64,000 bases of DNA, taken from Callorhinchus milii. Taxonomy: Eukaryota. Shown one piece after another: positions 1 through 13,900 of this stretch (position 1 is the stretch's first letter; the number at the start of each line of letters is the position of its first letter). The notes beneath the pieces are model-generated. The model was not told the origin of the DNA. It made no database searches and saw only the letters and a list, made by a program, of their open reading frames with translations. The stretch spans positions 40,054,001 to 40,118,000 of the forward strand of contig NW_024704742.1 of NCBI RefSeq assembly GCF_018977255.1, written 5' to 3'. The translations under genes were made by a program, and so were the position numbers.

Positions 1-199
1 TTTAAATCCTGAGCAACTATGTGACAGATTGTCAATGTCAATCAGGTGAAATAAGTATTTCACTCCTGTGCATTGCACAAACAAAAGGATGGAATATTTG
101 CAATGACTGTTGTCAATAGTTTGCATGACTTGCTAAAAATGTTGTAGGGTTCATTCAATGCCTTCCACATCTGAGCCTTTGATTCAAATCGGAGTCCTG

Positions 200-595
200 G
201 GAGTCCTGTAGCTCAGTTGTTAGAGCACGCGCCTTGCAAGCGGGAGACCTGGGTCTGATTCCCAGCAGGGCGAAACCTTGGGCAAATTTCCTTACTCCAT
301 ATGCCTAATAATAATCTCTCAAGAAAAAAAAACAACAATAAAAATTGATCACTTTAATCCATGGCTGTTTGTGGGACATTGCTGTGCGCAATTGGCTGCC
401 GCATTCGCCCACAAATATACAGTCAATTCACTTTACAGTATATTCTGTGAAGCGCTTTGGGATGTCCTCCCGACGTGAAAAGCGCTATATCAAATGCAAG
501 AATTGTTATTATTATTGTTATTCTGTTAAGCGCTTAAGACGTCTAGAAAATGTGAAAAACTCAATATCAAATGCAAGGATTATTATTATTATTAA
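200..595 (+). mobile_element. tRNA-derived SINE with Deu-like core and L2-type 3' tail; second tail copy appended (about 520-595)
   Basis: Head GGAGTCCTGTAGCTCAG with A/B-box-like motifs, core GTGGGACATTGCTGTGCGCAATTGGCTGCC, tail AAGCGCTTTGGGA...AGCGCTATATCAAATGCAAG(TTA)n. Near-identical copies at 35189, 38714 and 54388. Confidence 0.9.
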
Positions 596-1261
596 TAGCC
601 CAGATAGATGGAGTGAAGGCCTCACCTTCATAAATGGCTACAAAGTCCCAATTCAACTGAGCAGGCACAATCTCAATCTAGGTTCTAACAAATGAAAGGC
701 TATAGCATTAAGTGACCTCTAAATTAACACTTAATTGATCATTCATTCCATTCCATTAGAGAAGGCACGTTCATATCTGATGCATGAAAGGGATAAATTG
801 GTATAACATGGAGAGTCTAATTAGGTATGACTAATGGCACTGTTATAATGATATATATATACACTGTAGGAATGATCCATCCGGTATAAACCCTAGGTTT
901 CTATGAGCAAGCTGACTTAAAGTCATTCTTTTAAACATTGTCACAACAAGAAGTAGGATGAAATTCTGAGAAGCATCAAGGGTGTTAAGGGGGGTGGTGT
1001 GTTAATGGCGGTTGTAAAAGGGAGGGGGACAATGCTAGAAGATTAATGGTTGACTACATCTGCACCTCTAGACCTAACCCTAACTTCACTCCCCATGGAT
1101 AGATAATTCTAGCGTCAAGACCCATATTGGGATTTTGAAGACGACTCTGATACTGTGCTGTACTAGTGAAGTATTGAATTGTCAGAGGTTCCATCTTTCA
1201 GATGAAGCATTAAACTGATTTAGGTGCATTTCCATCAGAGTTTGGTTATGTGCAGATACAG

Positions 1262-2860
1262 TACAACAACAACTTGGATTTACAACAACAACTTGGATTT
1301 ATATAGCGCCCTTCACGCCGGAATGCATCTCAGAGCGCTTCACAATAACGGATCCTGGCGCCGAGCCAGGGGGAGGGGGAGGAAGGTGACCAAAGGCGCA
1401 GTCAAAGAGAAAGGTCTTCAGCAGAGACCTCAAAATAGGAAGAGAGGGAAGGAGACAAAGGAAGTGAGCAAGGCCATTCCAGAGCCTTGGGGCATAGTGG
1501 CTGAAGGCACAGCTGCCAAGGGTGGAGCGGAGGGGTCGGAGGACGAGGGGGAGGCCAGACCCGGAGGAACAAAGGCAACGGGGACTGTTTTGAGGAGAGA
1601 GGAGGTCAGAAAGGTAGGGGGATACAGAGGAGTGCAAGGACTTGAATACAAGGGTGAGGATCTTGAAGTCGATCCTCTCTGGGACAAGGCAGCCAGTGCA
1701 GTCTGGCAAGAACTGGGGTGATCGGAGAGCGGAGTTTGGTGTGGGTGAGAATGCGGGTGGCAGAGTTTTGAATGATCTGGATTTTATGGATGGTAGTGAA
1801 TGGGAGGCCGGTGAGGAGGGCTTTAGAATAGTCCAGCCGGGAGGTGACAAAGGCATGGACTAGGGTTTCAGCGGCTTTCAGAGAGAGGTATTGGCGGAGG
1901 CGGGTGATGCATCGGAGGTGGAAGAAAGCGGTGCTGGTGAGGGACCGGATGTGGGGGAGAAAAGATAATTGGGTGTTGAACCTGACACCTAGGGTGCGTA
2001 CAGGTTCAGAGAGTTTAAGGGGGAGGTTGGGTAGGTGGAGGAGGTGAGAGCCGTGAGATTTTAAATGTTGACGAGAGCCAAAGAGTATGGCTTCCGTCTT
2101 GTCAATGTTCAGCTGAAGGAAATTTGCGTTCATCCAGCTCCTGAGGTCTGACAGGCAGGCTGACAGAACATCAGGGGCCTGGGGGTCACAAAGAGAGGTG
2201 GAAAAATAGAGTGTGCTGTCGTCCACGTACATGTGGAAATGTACCCTATGTCGGCAGATGACATCCCCAAGAGGGAGCACGTAGATCAGAAAGAGGAGGG
2301 GGCCAAGGATAGATCCTTGGGGTACCCCCGCAGGTAACCGGGTGAGAGCCGGAGGAGAAACCGTTTGTGCAGATGTACTGCTGGTGGTTTGTGAGGTAGG
2401 ACTCGAACTAGGCGAGGGCGATCCCACTGAGGTGGATGACGGAAGAAAGGCGGTGGAGGAGGATGGCGTGATCGACTGTGTCGAACGCCGAGGAGAGGTC
2501 CAGGAGGATAAGGAGGCAGAGGGAGTCCTGGTCACAGATAGAGAGGATGTCGTTTGTGACTTTCACAAGTGCAGTCTCTGTACTCTGGGCAGAGCGGAAA
2601 CCAGACTGGAGACATGTTATTGCCAAAGTTGATTGGCAATAACATGTTCGAGGACTTTTGCGAGGAAGGGCAGGTTAGAAATGGGGAGGTAGTGGCTGGG
2701 GTTTAAGGGATCTAGGAAAGGTTTCTTGAGGTGGGGGCTGATGACAGCAGTTTTGAGGGGGACAGGGACTGATCCGGAGGAGAGGGACTGGTTGATGACG
2801 TCAGCCAGTAGTGGGCAAAGGAGAGGGAGCTGGGTGACTAGCAAGTTGGTGGGGAGTAAA
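1262..2860 (-). mobile_element. L2-clade LINE, 5'-truncated, frameshifted ORF2 reverse transcriptase with intact 3' tail
   Basis: Fragments in several frames: [92 protein letters not shown]. The 3' end reads GTGAAGCGCTCTGAG...GGCGCTATATAAATCCAAG(TTG)n. Confidence 0.92.
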
Positions 2861-2894
2861 CTATTTCTTCGAGCATTGTCCCCCTCCCTTTCAC

Positions 2895-4120
2895 AACTGT
2901 GTGTTTGTGTGTGCCGAATTCGGATGTGATGTGTCTTACTGATAAATGACATGGCATTGTCTCAATTCACAAAGACATCGAGGGAATCGATTAGAAGATA
3001 CAAGGGCCTAATTGTTAACTCTTATGGTTACCTTGGGGTCCTGATGGACACCAATTTTAGACTGGACACTGTCCTGAAGGACTACTCTAAGAAGAGGCGA
3101 AGGGCACTCATGTCATGCTCACCCCTTTTCAAAGATGGCAAGGTCCCAATGCATGTCAAGCTTTTGGCATACAACACTTGTGCGCAAACAGTCCTCCTTT
3201 ATGAATCTGAGCTCCAGGGGACACAGCTCTGCCGACCCGACTGCAAAGTCCATGATCAAACAGTGAAGTAGATTTGGGGCAAACATGGGAAGTGACTACA
3301 GAGGGAGAGGCTCCAGCCTACACTGACCTCTCACTTAGCACCCTGGAGGTAGAGGCGGCTTCACAGTGGGCATGTCTCTTTGCTAAGGCCCCTCACATGA
3401 GGACCTGGATTGAGAAGTTGGTGCCTAGTAAGCCTGGTATGCGCCATTGCACTTGGACATCAAAAATATCAAGTTGACTGGCACGACACAAGTTCTCCTG
3501 TGAAGGTCCTCCCACCACACTGAAGGCAGATGCCTACCAGATAGCTTATGAGGAAACTCTGAAGCTTGGGGCAACAGCTGCTGGAAGGCATTACCTGGAA
3601 TCTGAGTTTGTGAACACATGTTCGTACGTCCAGATAGTGGAACCATCGCTCAATGGGAAGGAATGTGTGCCCGAGCTGTGGATAGAAAATTGTGGCAAAT
3701 GCTCTCATCCATTTCATGCTGAGATACATTGCCCACTGGGAAGCTCGCAGGGAGTTCCTTGTACCTACCATCTACCTAGTGAGGGCTCATACCCATGCTT
3801 GTCGCATGTCAAACACCCAACTGGTGACTATCTTCATTGGAAGCGAGGTAAATGGGGTCTGCTTGGAGCTGAACTGGTTCCAAGGCGTCATGCATGACAA
3901 TGAAACGTCGGAATCAAGCCAGCCCTCTGTGGTGGTCTCGGTAGTCAAGTTCCTGAGCAAGTCCACAGTATTCCAGGGCACTGCTGATGACAACATGGCC
4001 AGCCTGACTCATCAGCAGGACCTGGAAGGGTAGACCAGTCACTGGGGGCAGGGAGTCATTCCACTCAGCTCCTGTTAAATCTGCAAGTCAAAACCCTAAT
4101 GGGTAGGGTGATCCTAGCTG
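2895..4120 (+). mobile_element. Decayed non-LTR retrotransposon fragment (C-terminal RT, thumb and degenerate CCHC finger), not L2/CR1-like
   Basis: VNSYGYLGV (RT YLG motif), VKLLAYNTCAQTVLLYESE (thumb-like), LFAKAPHMRTWI, and CPSCG*...LIHFMLRY..HWEARR near 3665-3755. Contains stops and frameshifts. Boundaries are approximate. Confidence 0.65.
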
Positions 4121-4862
4121 GACAAACAGCAGGAAAGTTTGCACAACAGCAATATCAATGGCAAGCTATGCGGTGTCAGGTGGTTAGACTGCAACAGTAC
4201 CCCAACACACACCACACACTCTGGGACCCCCCAGCTTTGGCTCTTGCTAACCCGCGCCTAATACTTTCCGGAATTAGGTAAGCACGATGCATTACTCCAG
4301 GGATAGAGCCCATATTCCATTCCAACAATCTATCTCTGGGATTTCCACATGTATGTGGGATGCATGGAAATCTCAGCTCGGACTGGATACTCTTAAGCAT
4401 GGTGAAGGATTTCCGCATGTGTCAGACACCCGGCTGACACCCCGCCCCCACCCACCACCCCCCCCCACACACACACACAATATGAGAAAAATGGACAATT
4501 GAGCAAATGACAGAATCCTTTTTTAAAAAACTTTCCCTGGCAAGTGCCTTCAGGACAGGGGGTGAAAGAAAAAAGAACAACCTAAAATTGGCACTGACTG
4601 CATGATCTCACTCAAGACAGGTCCTAATGATCGTTGATGCTGTAAATTGATGCAGAATGCAGCTACTCGAAACTGGTGGCAAAAATATGTTAACACATCC
4701 ACATTTTAATAAAATGATCAATTGCAGTAATTTGCTCACGCACAATCTGTTAACCGATGCACTAAAGCCTGCAGCTGTTCAGCTTTTAGCAATGCTATTT
4801 TCACCATCTTGACAATCTCAGTTGCTCTCTGCTTGTACTTGTCTGCTGGCTTCACTGTGGAC

Positions 4863-4986
4863 GGGTTTCCAAGCAGAAATGGTCCCAGGTGGGACATGTT
4901 ATTCCAAGTACTTGATTGCCACTGTATTTTGCAACCCAATATTCTGGATAATGTATCCCACCTGGGACATTTTTACTGGAAAATCC
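4863..4986. repeat. Imperfect palindrome / MITE-like relic
   Basis: GTCCCAGGTGGGA (4882-4894) is the exact reverse complement of TCCCACCTGGGAC (4956-4968). The arms extend imperfectly to about 40 bp. Confidence 0.7.
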
Positions 4987-7549
4987 ATTAAGTCGACTTG
5001 CATGCAACAGGAATACAAAATGCTCCTGTCTGCGAACAACTGTCATAAAAAGACCATTGATTTTTTTTTAAAAAGTCCTTTTTGTTGATCGTAAGCTAAA
5101 CATGGCGCAGGGTGGCATAACAACTGCCTGCTTATTTTGAGTTAAAAACGGTTAAAAAAAACATATTGTAGATGGCGTGATAAATAAACAGAGTTGTTCT
5201 GTTACTTGGACTGTGACTTATTCAGTACAAATTCACTTATGTTGCAAGCATTTACAAATAAAGTTTGTGCTGAAAGTTTTATGTGTGATTTAAGTATGCA
5301 TTCAACTGAGCATTTATTGTGGGATTATTTTTATTCCGAACTGTCGAGAGATATGTATTTTTGCAAAGCCGTAGTTTGTATTTTGCCTCCGTAATTAATG
5401 AAGGGTATACCAACCCCCTCTCCTCTCCTTCTACAGTCTTACAGATTGTGTTATTTGGCCACCGTCCATTTATTGAGCTATTTGTTGGAGGTGCATCTAT
5501 TCCTGCCTTGAGTTGTAGTTACAAAGAGGCGTAATGGCATTTTCGTGCACACACGTATTTTTGGACCCACACGAAAACCCTAATGTTCAAAGATGAAAAG
5601 CATCTTCAATATATCTTCAATTGAATGCACAGTAAAGTGCTGAGTAGTTAATGAGCACACTTCTTTATACACTGAAGTATGCCTTGCACAATACTGGGAC
5701 TGCAGTACTAAATGTGACTTCAACATCAGTATGGGGCCAGAAGAGCTCATTCAGTTCGGCATATAGGTGGTTGTATGTCTCTACATTGTCGATCTAAGGA
5801 ATTTGTAGAAATTAATTTCTGATCAAGGCTTGACATGTCACAAAACCCAAAAGAACAATTTGACGACTATATTTGATTTGCACATTATTAAGATCTGTGG
5901 ATTTGAATAATGCAACACATCATTGAAATGTGTACACCGGTAAGTGGTGGTGTTGTCTTAGCACAGGCGGAGGCGCAATTGAACGCATTCGTTTAAAATG
6001 TTTGCTTATTTATTTTACACGCAGAGAGCCACCAATGTCTCCAACATTACAGTATAGTGACTAAATAGCTCAATCAGATCGGCACAGCGACCGTAGATTG
6101 CAGTATATATTGCCATCCCACTATTTTTCAGAGGATACAGTATTCTTTTTGCATTCTGTACAGTTGATTTTCGCTTAAATTTTATTTAAAAGATGCTTTA
6201 TATGACAATTATATTTTTTAAAAAAGTATGGCAATTGTGAACATACAACGGAAATCCTGAATTTTACGATGGCTTTACAATATTTTAAGATATTATACAT
6301 TAGGTTGAAATGATGGTAAAATGTGTTTTCTATTTTATATAAAATGTACATTTATAGTTGAAAAGTGTTTCAATAAACGCAGGCATTGGAGTGAGAGAGT
6401 TGGATCTCATGTTAATTCAGTCACAAATGTAGAAGGATAAACGACACATTTCAGTACAATTCAATGATGAGAAATGTTTGGTTCCATTCCGAATATTAAG
6501 ACACTTCTTTTCGTTCGCTTAGGGTGAGATTGAAAATAAATCAAACTTACTGTTTCTATTTCTGGAGAATCGCTAAATATTTAGGGCCAGTTACAAAATA
6601 GTGATTGAACAAGGGCACTGGGAATGTTGGGAGACAAACTGGCTTTACAGCAAGATTAGAAATATATAAAAATGTGCAGTCTTAAACTCTGCAGCATCCG
6701 ACTTGGCAGACATTTGTGAAATGGGTGTTTTGAGAATGGGGTACAGTTACAGCCGCTGCAGTCGCTGTAGTCCCGACTTTTGTGTCCCAAAATGTCCCAA
6801 TGTCCCATTTTTTTCGTGACCTCTACGGTTTTTGATTTACAGGATGTATTTCGGGTTTGATCAAAAGATATTGAAATGGGGCCCTGACATCACAGCAATA
6901 CTAAGGACTCATTTATCTTACGGAGCTCAGTGCTACACTAAATATATTAGGAAAAGCAGCCATATATATCACCTAATATACAACACGGATAACACGATAG
7001 ACTGACTATGTAATTATGCATGGTGACAAAAGTGTCAGTGGTCAGTTCAGAATGGCATTTATTTCCACAAATGTGACTCTAAATGCCTGGAAACTTTTGC
7101 GTCTCATCTTGTTTTCTTGGAAAGTGCAGAAACTAATTTCTAGCTGAACATAACGGGACGTCTGTCTGCAATAATTCCATGTGCAGCATAAAGAATATAC
7201 TCAGTCATTTAAAGAATCATAATCCGCTATCTGCGGGATTCACCTAAAGTTAAATATTTACAACTACTGCCCAAAATATCCGAGCATTGTAGATCACCAG
7301 TTGGGAACCAGATGTCAGTGCTCATTGTTTGTCGTTCTAACTATTGCGCATCTGGTATTTCCTCAACGAAAATAAACGTTCAATTTTGATTTAATACAAA
7401 TGAGAGCTTGAAGGTTCATTGGGGTCTCCTGGACGATTCTGGGATCGTGGTCTTCTCAACATATTTATGTCGTCTGCTTTGTGCAGGTTCATTCAGCAAA
7501 TGTTGTTGCTTTCTATTGTAAAGTTAATCTTTGCTTTTGATTATTATTG

Positions 7550-7720
7550 GTCATTGACCTCAGGACTATCTGTGGGTCACTGCGGTGCACAAATTGACCG
7601 CCCCGTTCGCCTACCAACAAAGACAGTCACTACACTTCACGAAAAATAAACTGTGAAGCGATGTGAGACCTTTGCATGTGGAAAGGCACTATATCAAATG
7701 CAAGGATTCTTATTAACAAT
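7550..7720 (+). mobile_element. Degenerate Deu-type SINE 3' half
   Basis: TGTGGGTCACTGCGGTGCACAAATTGACCGCC...GTGAAGCG...GGCACTATATCAAATGCAAGGATT. Confidence 0.7.
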
Positions 7721-7844
7721 AATAACATGTATTTCGACTTATTAACCATTTCAGGTAGATGAATTCAGATCTGCTTGCATTGCTATTTTAGGTGCAACCA
7801 GGGACTTTCAGGGCAACAAATCTGATGGAATTTTCACATCTGAA

Positions 7845-7845
7845 T

Positions 7846-7881
<36 letters not shown>

Positions 7882-7922
7882 CCTTGCATTTGATATAGCG
7901 CTTTTCATGTCTTCTAGACGAC
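7845..7922 (-). mobile_element. Solo SINE/L2-type 3' tail with (TTA)n
   Basis: (AAT)n followed by CCTTGCATTTGATATAGCGCTTTTCATGTCTTCTAGACG on the + strand. Confidence 0.75.
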
Positions 7923-10900
7923 TCGATTGTGTAAAAAAAATTGTATAAAAAGTGCATTGTGAACAAATAGACACGTATTTCTCCTGCCTTCCTGACATAA
8001 TAAATGCAAGAAGATGTATCGTTATCCTTACTTTTATAAGTAACACGGAATTATATATTGTTTTCTATTTATCTCCTCGCTGGATTAAAATACGCTTACA
8101 GTCAAATAGTTGGCTATTGGATGGGGAGGGGAAGAGCACTTGCAAACGAAATAACTGCGAGCAATGTCAAAGTCCAAGTTGACGTGAAACGTTTTTATAA
8201 TATAAATTAACAAGCATAAGAATAAAAGGATCGATGTTATTTTTCAGTGTCCTGCTATACTGTCATTTTCAAAATATGCAACCAGTAAGTCAAAACAATA
8301 TTTATGCAATAAACATATGTCGAAAAGGCCAAATGCTTGCGTTTTGGAAAAAAAAGAGTAATTTGAGATCATTAAGTGTGAAACTAGATATGGATCAACA
8401 AACGGAACATGTCTGTGCAATTGAGAATAATTTTAATGATTAAGTACTATTACGGCTGTCAAGTGCTCTCAATTTAGTTATACAAGATACCTGCTTTGAA
8501 CATTTTAAAACTTTCACAGACTTTACAAGAAGTTATAGTAAACAAGTTTTTTTTAAAAAAAAAGAGTAAAACAGTTTGCACAAAAAGGGGACAGGACCAT
8601 CTCAAAGGTAGTGTGAATTCTCTTGCAAAAATTGCGGTTTCCTTTTCAATTATTTTTCTTGCCATCTCGCATATTTCACCAGAGCAACAACCTATCCTTA
8701 GCGGAAGCGGCAGCACATGGATTACTATCGTGTGACTCCATTCACTTTGAAAACTTTGCAAGACGAAATAATTTTAAACCTTCAAACCGACAATGTACTT
8801 TTGATTTTTTTAGAAATGTCAGCAAAGGCCGTTGGAAGACCCGGGATAAAGGGATACTGTAACTTTGAGAGTATGAATAGGCTCCATTTATACCCAACAG
8901 CACTGCAGGTTATTATACAGATTCCATTCAGATAAGAAAGTTGGGGAGAGTTTAGGAATTAATATGCAACTCAGATAATGCATATATATATATATATATA
9001 CATCAGGTATTCACGTTCAGGCCCGCAGGCGTGGAGAATAAGTTTAGGGTGGGAGATAACGGTTCGGTTGTGTCTTTTCGTGCAATTAATATTAAGCCAC
9101 GATTCTTGCCACTGCAATTAGGAAATAATGCAATTTTTCACAATCCGCCTCTTTCGACGAGTATTAAGTGATGGCCTGTCCGGCTCCGGTTTGCTGCATT
9201 AGAAGCAGATTTAAAACCACCTGTTCACTGCAATGAGCGCAGTGTGAACTGTCTGCTCCTCTCAGACTTGCTGCCTCCTTGGTTTTTCCGTCTGAGCAAT
9301 GGCACCGACACACGGCATCGACCGCAATTAATATCTATTTCATTTCAACCCAGTCAGCCCTACCAGAACTCGCTCAATTCATAGGCGAAAGATCGCATCC
9401 TGCCTTAAGTGTTTTGAACCAATTGCATTGAAAAAAGCACACACACAAATTACATTTGGCGACGATAATTAACAGGATTAATAATCGTTCGTTTTAACTG
9501 TAAACTGTGGATTAATGACGCCTATTAGTTGCCAGTCCCTTCTCTCCCCCACTTCTTACACTCCTTTCTCTCCCCACTGCCCTACTCAACAAGTTCAATA
9601 TAAAATGTGTATATTTGATCACAGTATAGTTTTGATTTAAGATAGGGACGCACATATTTTCCAACTCAAAAACAATGCACGTTAGATGCAACTGGAGTCA
9701 CACTGGATTCGTCATTTATCATTCATTGAACTCATTTATAATGTGTTAATTGGCAAACAAATTAAAAGTTTACTCATAAATGTATCATTTATTAAAAATA
9801 AAATTAATTTACGAAAGCTATTTCATCAGTGAGTCCGGAATGTCTTTTGGAATTTTAATTTTAAATATTTGAGGCTGTTTTAGAAAAGGTTAGTAACACC
9901 TGAATCTCAATCTGAATTTTGTTCTCAACAGTATTTTACCATCCAACAATAATTGTATGTGTGTGATTATATAACTTCGGGAAAGGTAGTTAAATCGGGT
10001 TGTTAGCTTGGAACTGTAACATAGCGTAGGATGGCAATATGTGGAGAGTTCAGAAATATCATCTAACACTTTGGATCCATAGTGTATAAACCATAAAAAT
10101 AGTGTTCAAAATGCAACTTTACGGATCAACCGATATATGAACAGCATCAAAAGCAATTGGTACGAATGGGTTCTTAGAAACTGGACTTGAATTACATCTG
10201 TTTATTGCTGCATTTAATATGTAGCTCACATCGTTGAACGTGTATGTATGTATGCGTTGGATTTTAATATAGTTGCCTGAATGGACAATATTATGATAGC
10301 CATGCTATTTTCCCTAAAATGATGCAGGAAATGATTAATTTTAGAAATGATCGACGAGATAATCAGTATTTTGTTTGGCAGAGAAAAGCAGATGAAGCGT
10401 CTCCTCGTCAGTCTATTATTACACGTCAAGCTTCAGTGAGATTATAACACAGTATGATATCAAAATAAACAAGCATTCTTCATGAAATGTAAATGTTCCT
10501 AACGAGATATAAATAATTCCTGGAACATGGTGATTCAATCCTCCAGAAAAATGTCGATTATTTTTTTAAATTGATTTTGTTTCTTTCAAGTTTCAAAAAA
10601 TGAAAAAGGTGCATCAGTAATATAAATATGGGAAGAAATTTCATCCAGGTCTAGATTTACTCTAATAATGTACATCTCGAAGCGTCCAAAATTTGTCAAA
10701 CTCTTAAATACCGCTTTAATTTTGAAGCCAATTTTCTATATGACTGAATTTAACAATTTGCCAGATTCAGGACGTTTTGAAACACTAAATAACTAGAATA
10801 ATTTTACACCCGGGTGGAATTTCTCCTCAAAAATTTCAAAACGCCACGATTTAAAAACAACCGACACAATAGTCCAAACTCACTAATGTAATTTAGAATT

Positions 10901-13900
10901 AATTGTTTCTTTTCTGCATTGACTGGACGTATCAAAGCATCACTTGAGCTTCTCTCCACACTGTGGTAAACTGGAAAGTTAACATCGGATTAGGAGAGAT
11001 CCAATAGTTTTACATGATATACATCAAAATGTTATGAAGTAATGGAAAACTCATTTGTTTACACGTGTACCTGAATTTTTGCATCGAAATTCAAACGTTG
11101 GGAGAAATGACATTCATAAATAATGTTTAGAATAGTTATACTGCATTTATACTACAAATAAAGTATTCATCTGTCAAAGCTTTGCTTTACGAAAGAGCTG
11201 GGCACAAGTATTTAAATGAAGGTTAGGTGCAATCTGAATTAACTGATTTTAAAGTTATTCTAATGTGTTAATGTCCTCACCTCTACCCTTCGAAGGCTGC
11301 GATTACATTTACCAGCCGATTCACGTAAACATAACATTAGCATTTTTTTGTTAATAGTTTGAAATACACTTTTATTTTGGATCTTGTTCAAAGTCACCTT
11401 TTTAGTTTAATGCACATCTTTAGAAATGTGTACCATCTGGGGAAGTGTGAATGAAAATATGTCCTTATTTTGAAATATGGAAATCAACTTCAAATAGTTC
11501 CCCAAATAAGAGCTCAGTCAGTGCTTTTCTATGACTGATTTTAAATTCTAATCGCCCCATGCACCACTGTTCGGGGATTGTGGCTTTTTATTGCACCTTC
11601 CTTCCCCAAAATGATTTTTATTTTGGTTTGCAGGCATTCGCCTAACATTATACAGTAACTGCACTTTACAGCAAATTCTGTGAAGTGCTTGGAAGCTTCC
11701 TCTCATGCTAAAGACTATGGCAAGAGCAAAGGCAGTGTTATGCAAAGGGCAAAGTGTTTCCACTACCCCGATTCTCCTTCAGTGAAAAATTAAATCTATT
11801 GAAGAAAACCTTTGAGTCATTTGACCTGAATAATACATTCAAGCCAGAACGTGTTGTTTTGAATTATAGGCATGGTTAAAGTGTGGCTTGGAAAATGTTA
11901 TTACTGATATATAAATTCATAGAAGATGCATCTGTACTAAAGACTGCTAATGGTAAAATTGTGTGTATCTGAATGGTTGTGATCTGGTCAGATTCACTTG
12001 CTGCAGTGTGCAGTTTTTTTTTGGCTGTCAGATCAAAACTAGGAAGGTATAAACTGTGCTCCCACACTGCCCGTTCAGAACTGTATCAGGAGAAGTTATG
12101 AAATACATGTATTTGCACAAGCATTATTAACGGAAATATGCAATAAAATGATCGTCCCCTTTAAATTCCCTTAAGAGTTAAGCAACACATGTTAATGTAA
12201 CTATAATTAACGCTGTTTTCTCTGACTTCCATGCAGTTTCTGCTCCGGTTTGACTACCATGAAGCCTTGCTGTAGGATTATTTCCATCTCCTTCAGTGTT
12301 ATCCCCATATAACAGACTTGATGCTACGAGGAAAACATTTACACCTACATATCGAATATTATCAGAGATTCATTTTTTTCTCATTTACAATTGATCTTAA
12401 TTTTAAAACAAATGCATTTCATTTGCACGTGGCCCAATAGTTATTTCTGCACGCATACCCCATACCAGGATTGCAAAATATCGAGCAAATGCTGCTTCAC
12501 TGAGCAGACTCCAATTTGTATTGATTTTCTGGTTTACACTTAAACCACCAGTACGTAAAATCACAGTGGTTATTTTAACCAGTATTCAAAATCCGTCTTA
12601 GCAATGGTCTATTTAATTTTGTATCTAAATAAAACAAGTCACAACGGTGAATATATGTTTGTTACGTGCAGTATTTAGAAATAGGATCTGAGTTGCTGCT
12701 CATCACTTATGCTCTTATATTCTTTCATTCACCAGTTAAAACCTGAGGATTGTAGAAATGTAGATTTTTTTTAATGATCTGAGCAAAGGTAAAACAATTA
12801 TATCTGTGTTTTATGTTCGTCTATGTAATCTTTTCAGTTGATAGCGCCTCTGATTGAGTGAACTGAATATGTGAAATCCGAATAGCTGTAGAATTTTACA
12901 AGAGCACCTGACAAGTAATGTATTTTCTTTTGTATGATGCACGTTTCTCCCAATGCATTATCTATTTGCTAACTTGTGAGCATTTGCTAAATTTACCATT
13001 GCAAACAGCTCACACCACCAGGAGCTATCACCTCACTTCAGCAATACATGGAAATAGGATAAATTCAAGCATGGGTGTTTGTTTTCGCAAAAGAGCCACC
13101 TGATCATTTTCGAGCGCAGTAAAATGATTTTGTGGTTGAGGAGCACATCGTAATCCTCAATTCTGAACGCTTCACAGTCGCATTTTTTAAATATCAGTTG
13201 TAGCATAAAGTGCTATAAATTGCCTCTGACTGAGTTAGCAGCACTCCGTGCAGAAATCCAACCGCACTTTTACCGAGACGATTGCGTGCAGTGCTTTCAT
13301 TCCTTCCCCTCTGTGCTCACGCCTTAAAATACCGGCCACATGTACACTGTAAACGGCGAAGTAAAACACGAGCAAAACTGCAGAACTCTCGGAGTCAGTT
13401 GCGAAGGTGAACAGTGAGGCGAGTTTCCTGCAGACGGCGCTCGCCCTTCCCGGCGCCATCTGAACCCTCACAGTCACTAAATCCGGAGGGAAGCTCACCA
13501 CATATATCAAACCCTTCAGCATAAGATCTACCAACCCCTCCCCCCCCCCACCCCCACCCCCAGCACCCTCACCCCACCTCCTGCCCCCCACCACCCTCCC
13601 CACCACTGCTCCCACAATTGCGCAATAGTTAATACATCACCTCACTACAAAGTAGTTCATGATGCGGTCTCGAACAGTGCACATGGAGACTCTCTACCAC
13701 TTCACTTGCATTTATACAATCTGTGAAGGTTTTTAATTGCAGGCAGCTTCAGCTCAAGGTTTAGAGGCACTGATGTTCAAGCCGAGCTGTAACGTCATGG
13801 GAATCTGATACTGGCTGCGCTGTGCCTTTGGCTTTCTGTCACCGGAGAGTACAGTTAAATTCCAATAAAGGCACATCTCGGTTGGCCAAGAATTCTTTAA

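Noticed and set aside
1262..2860. Active reverse transcriptase gene or retron/DGR-like system
   Set aside because: The context is eukaryotic, and this is a truncated, frameshifted L2 copy without an endonuclease domain.
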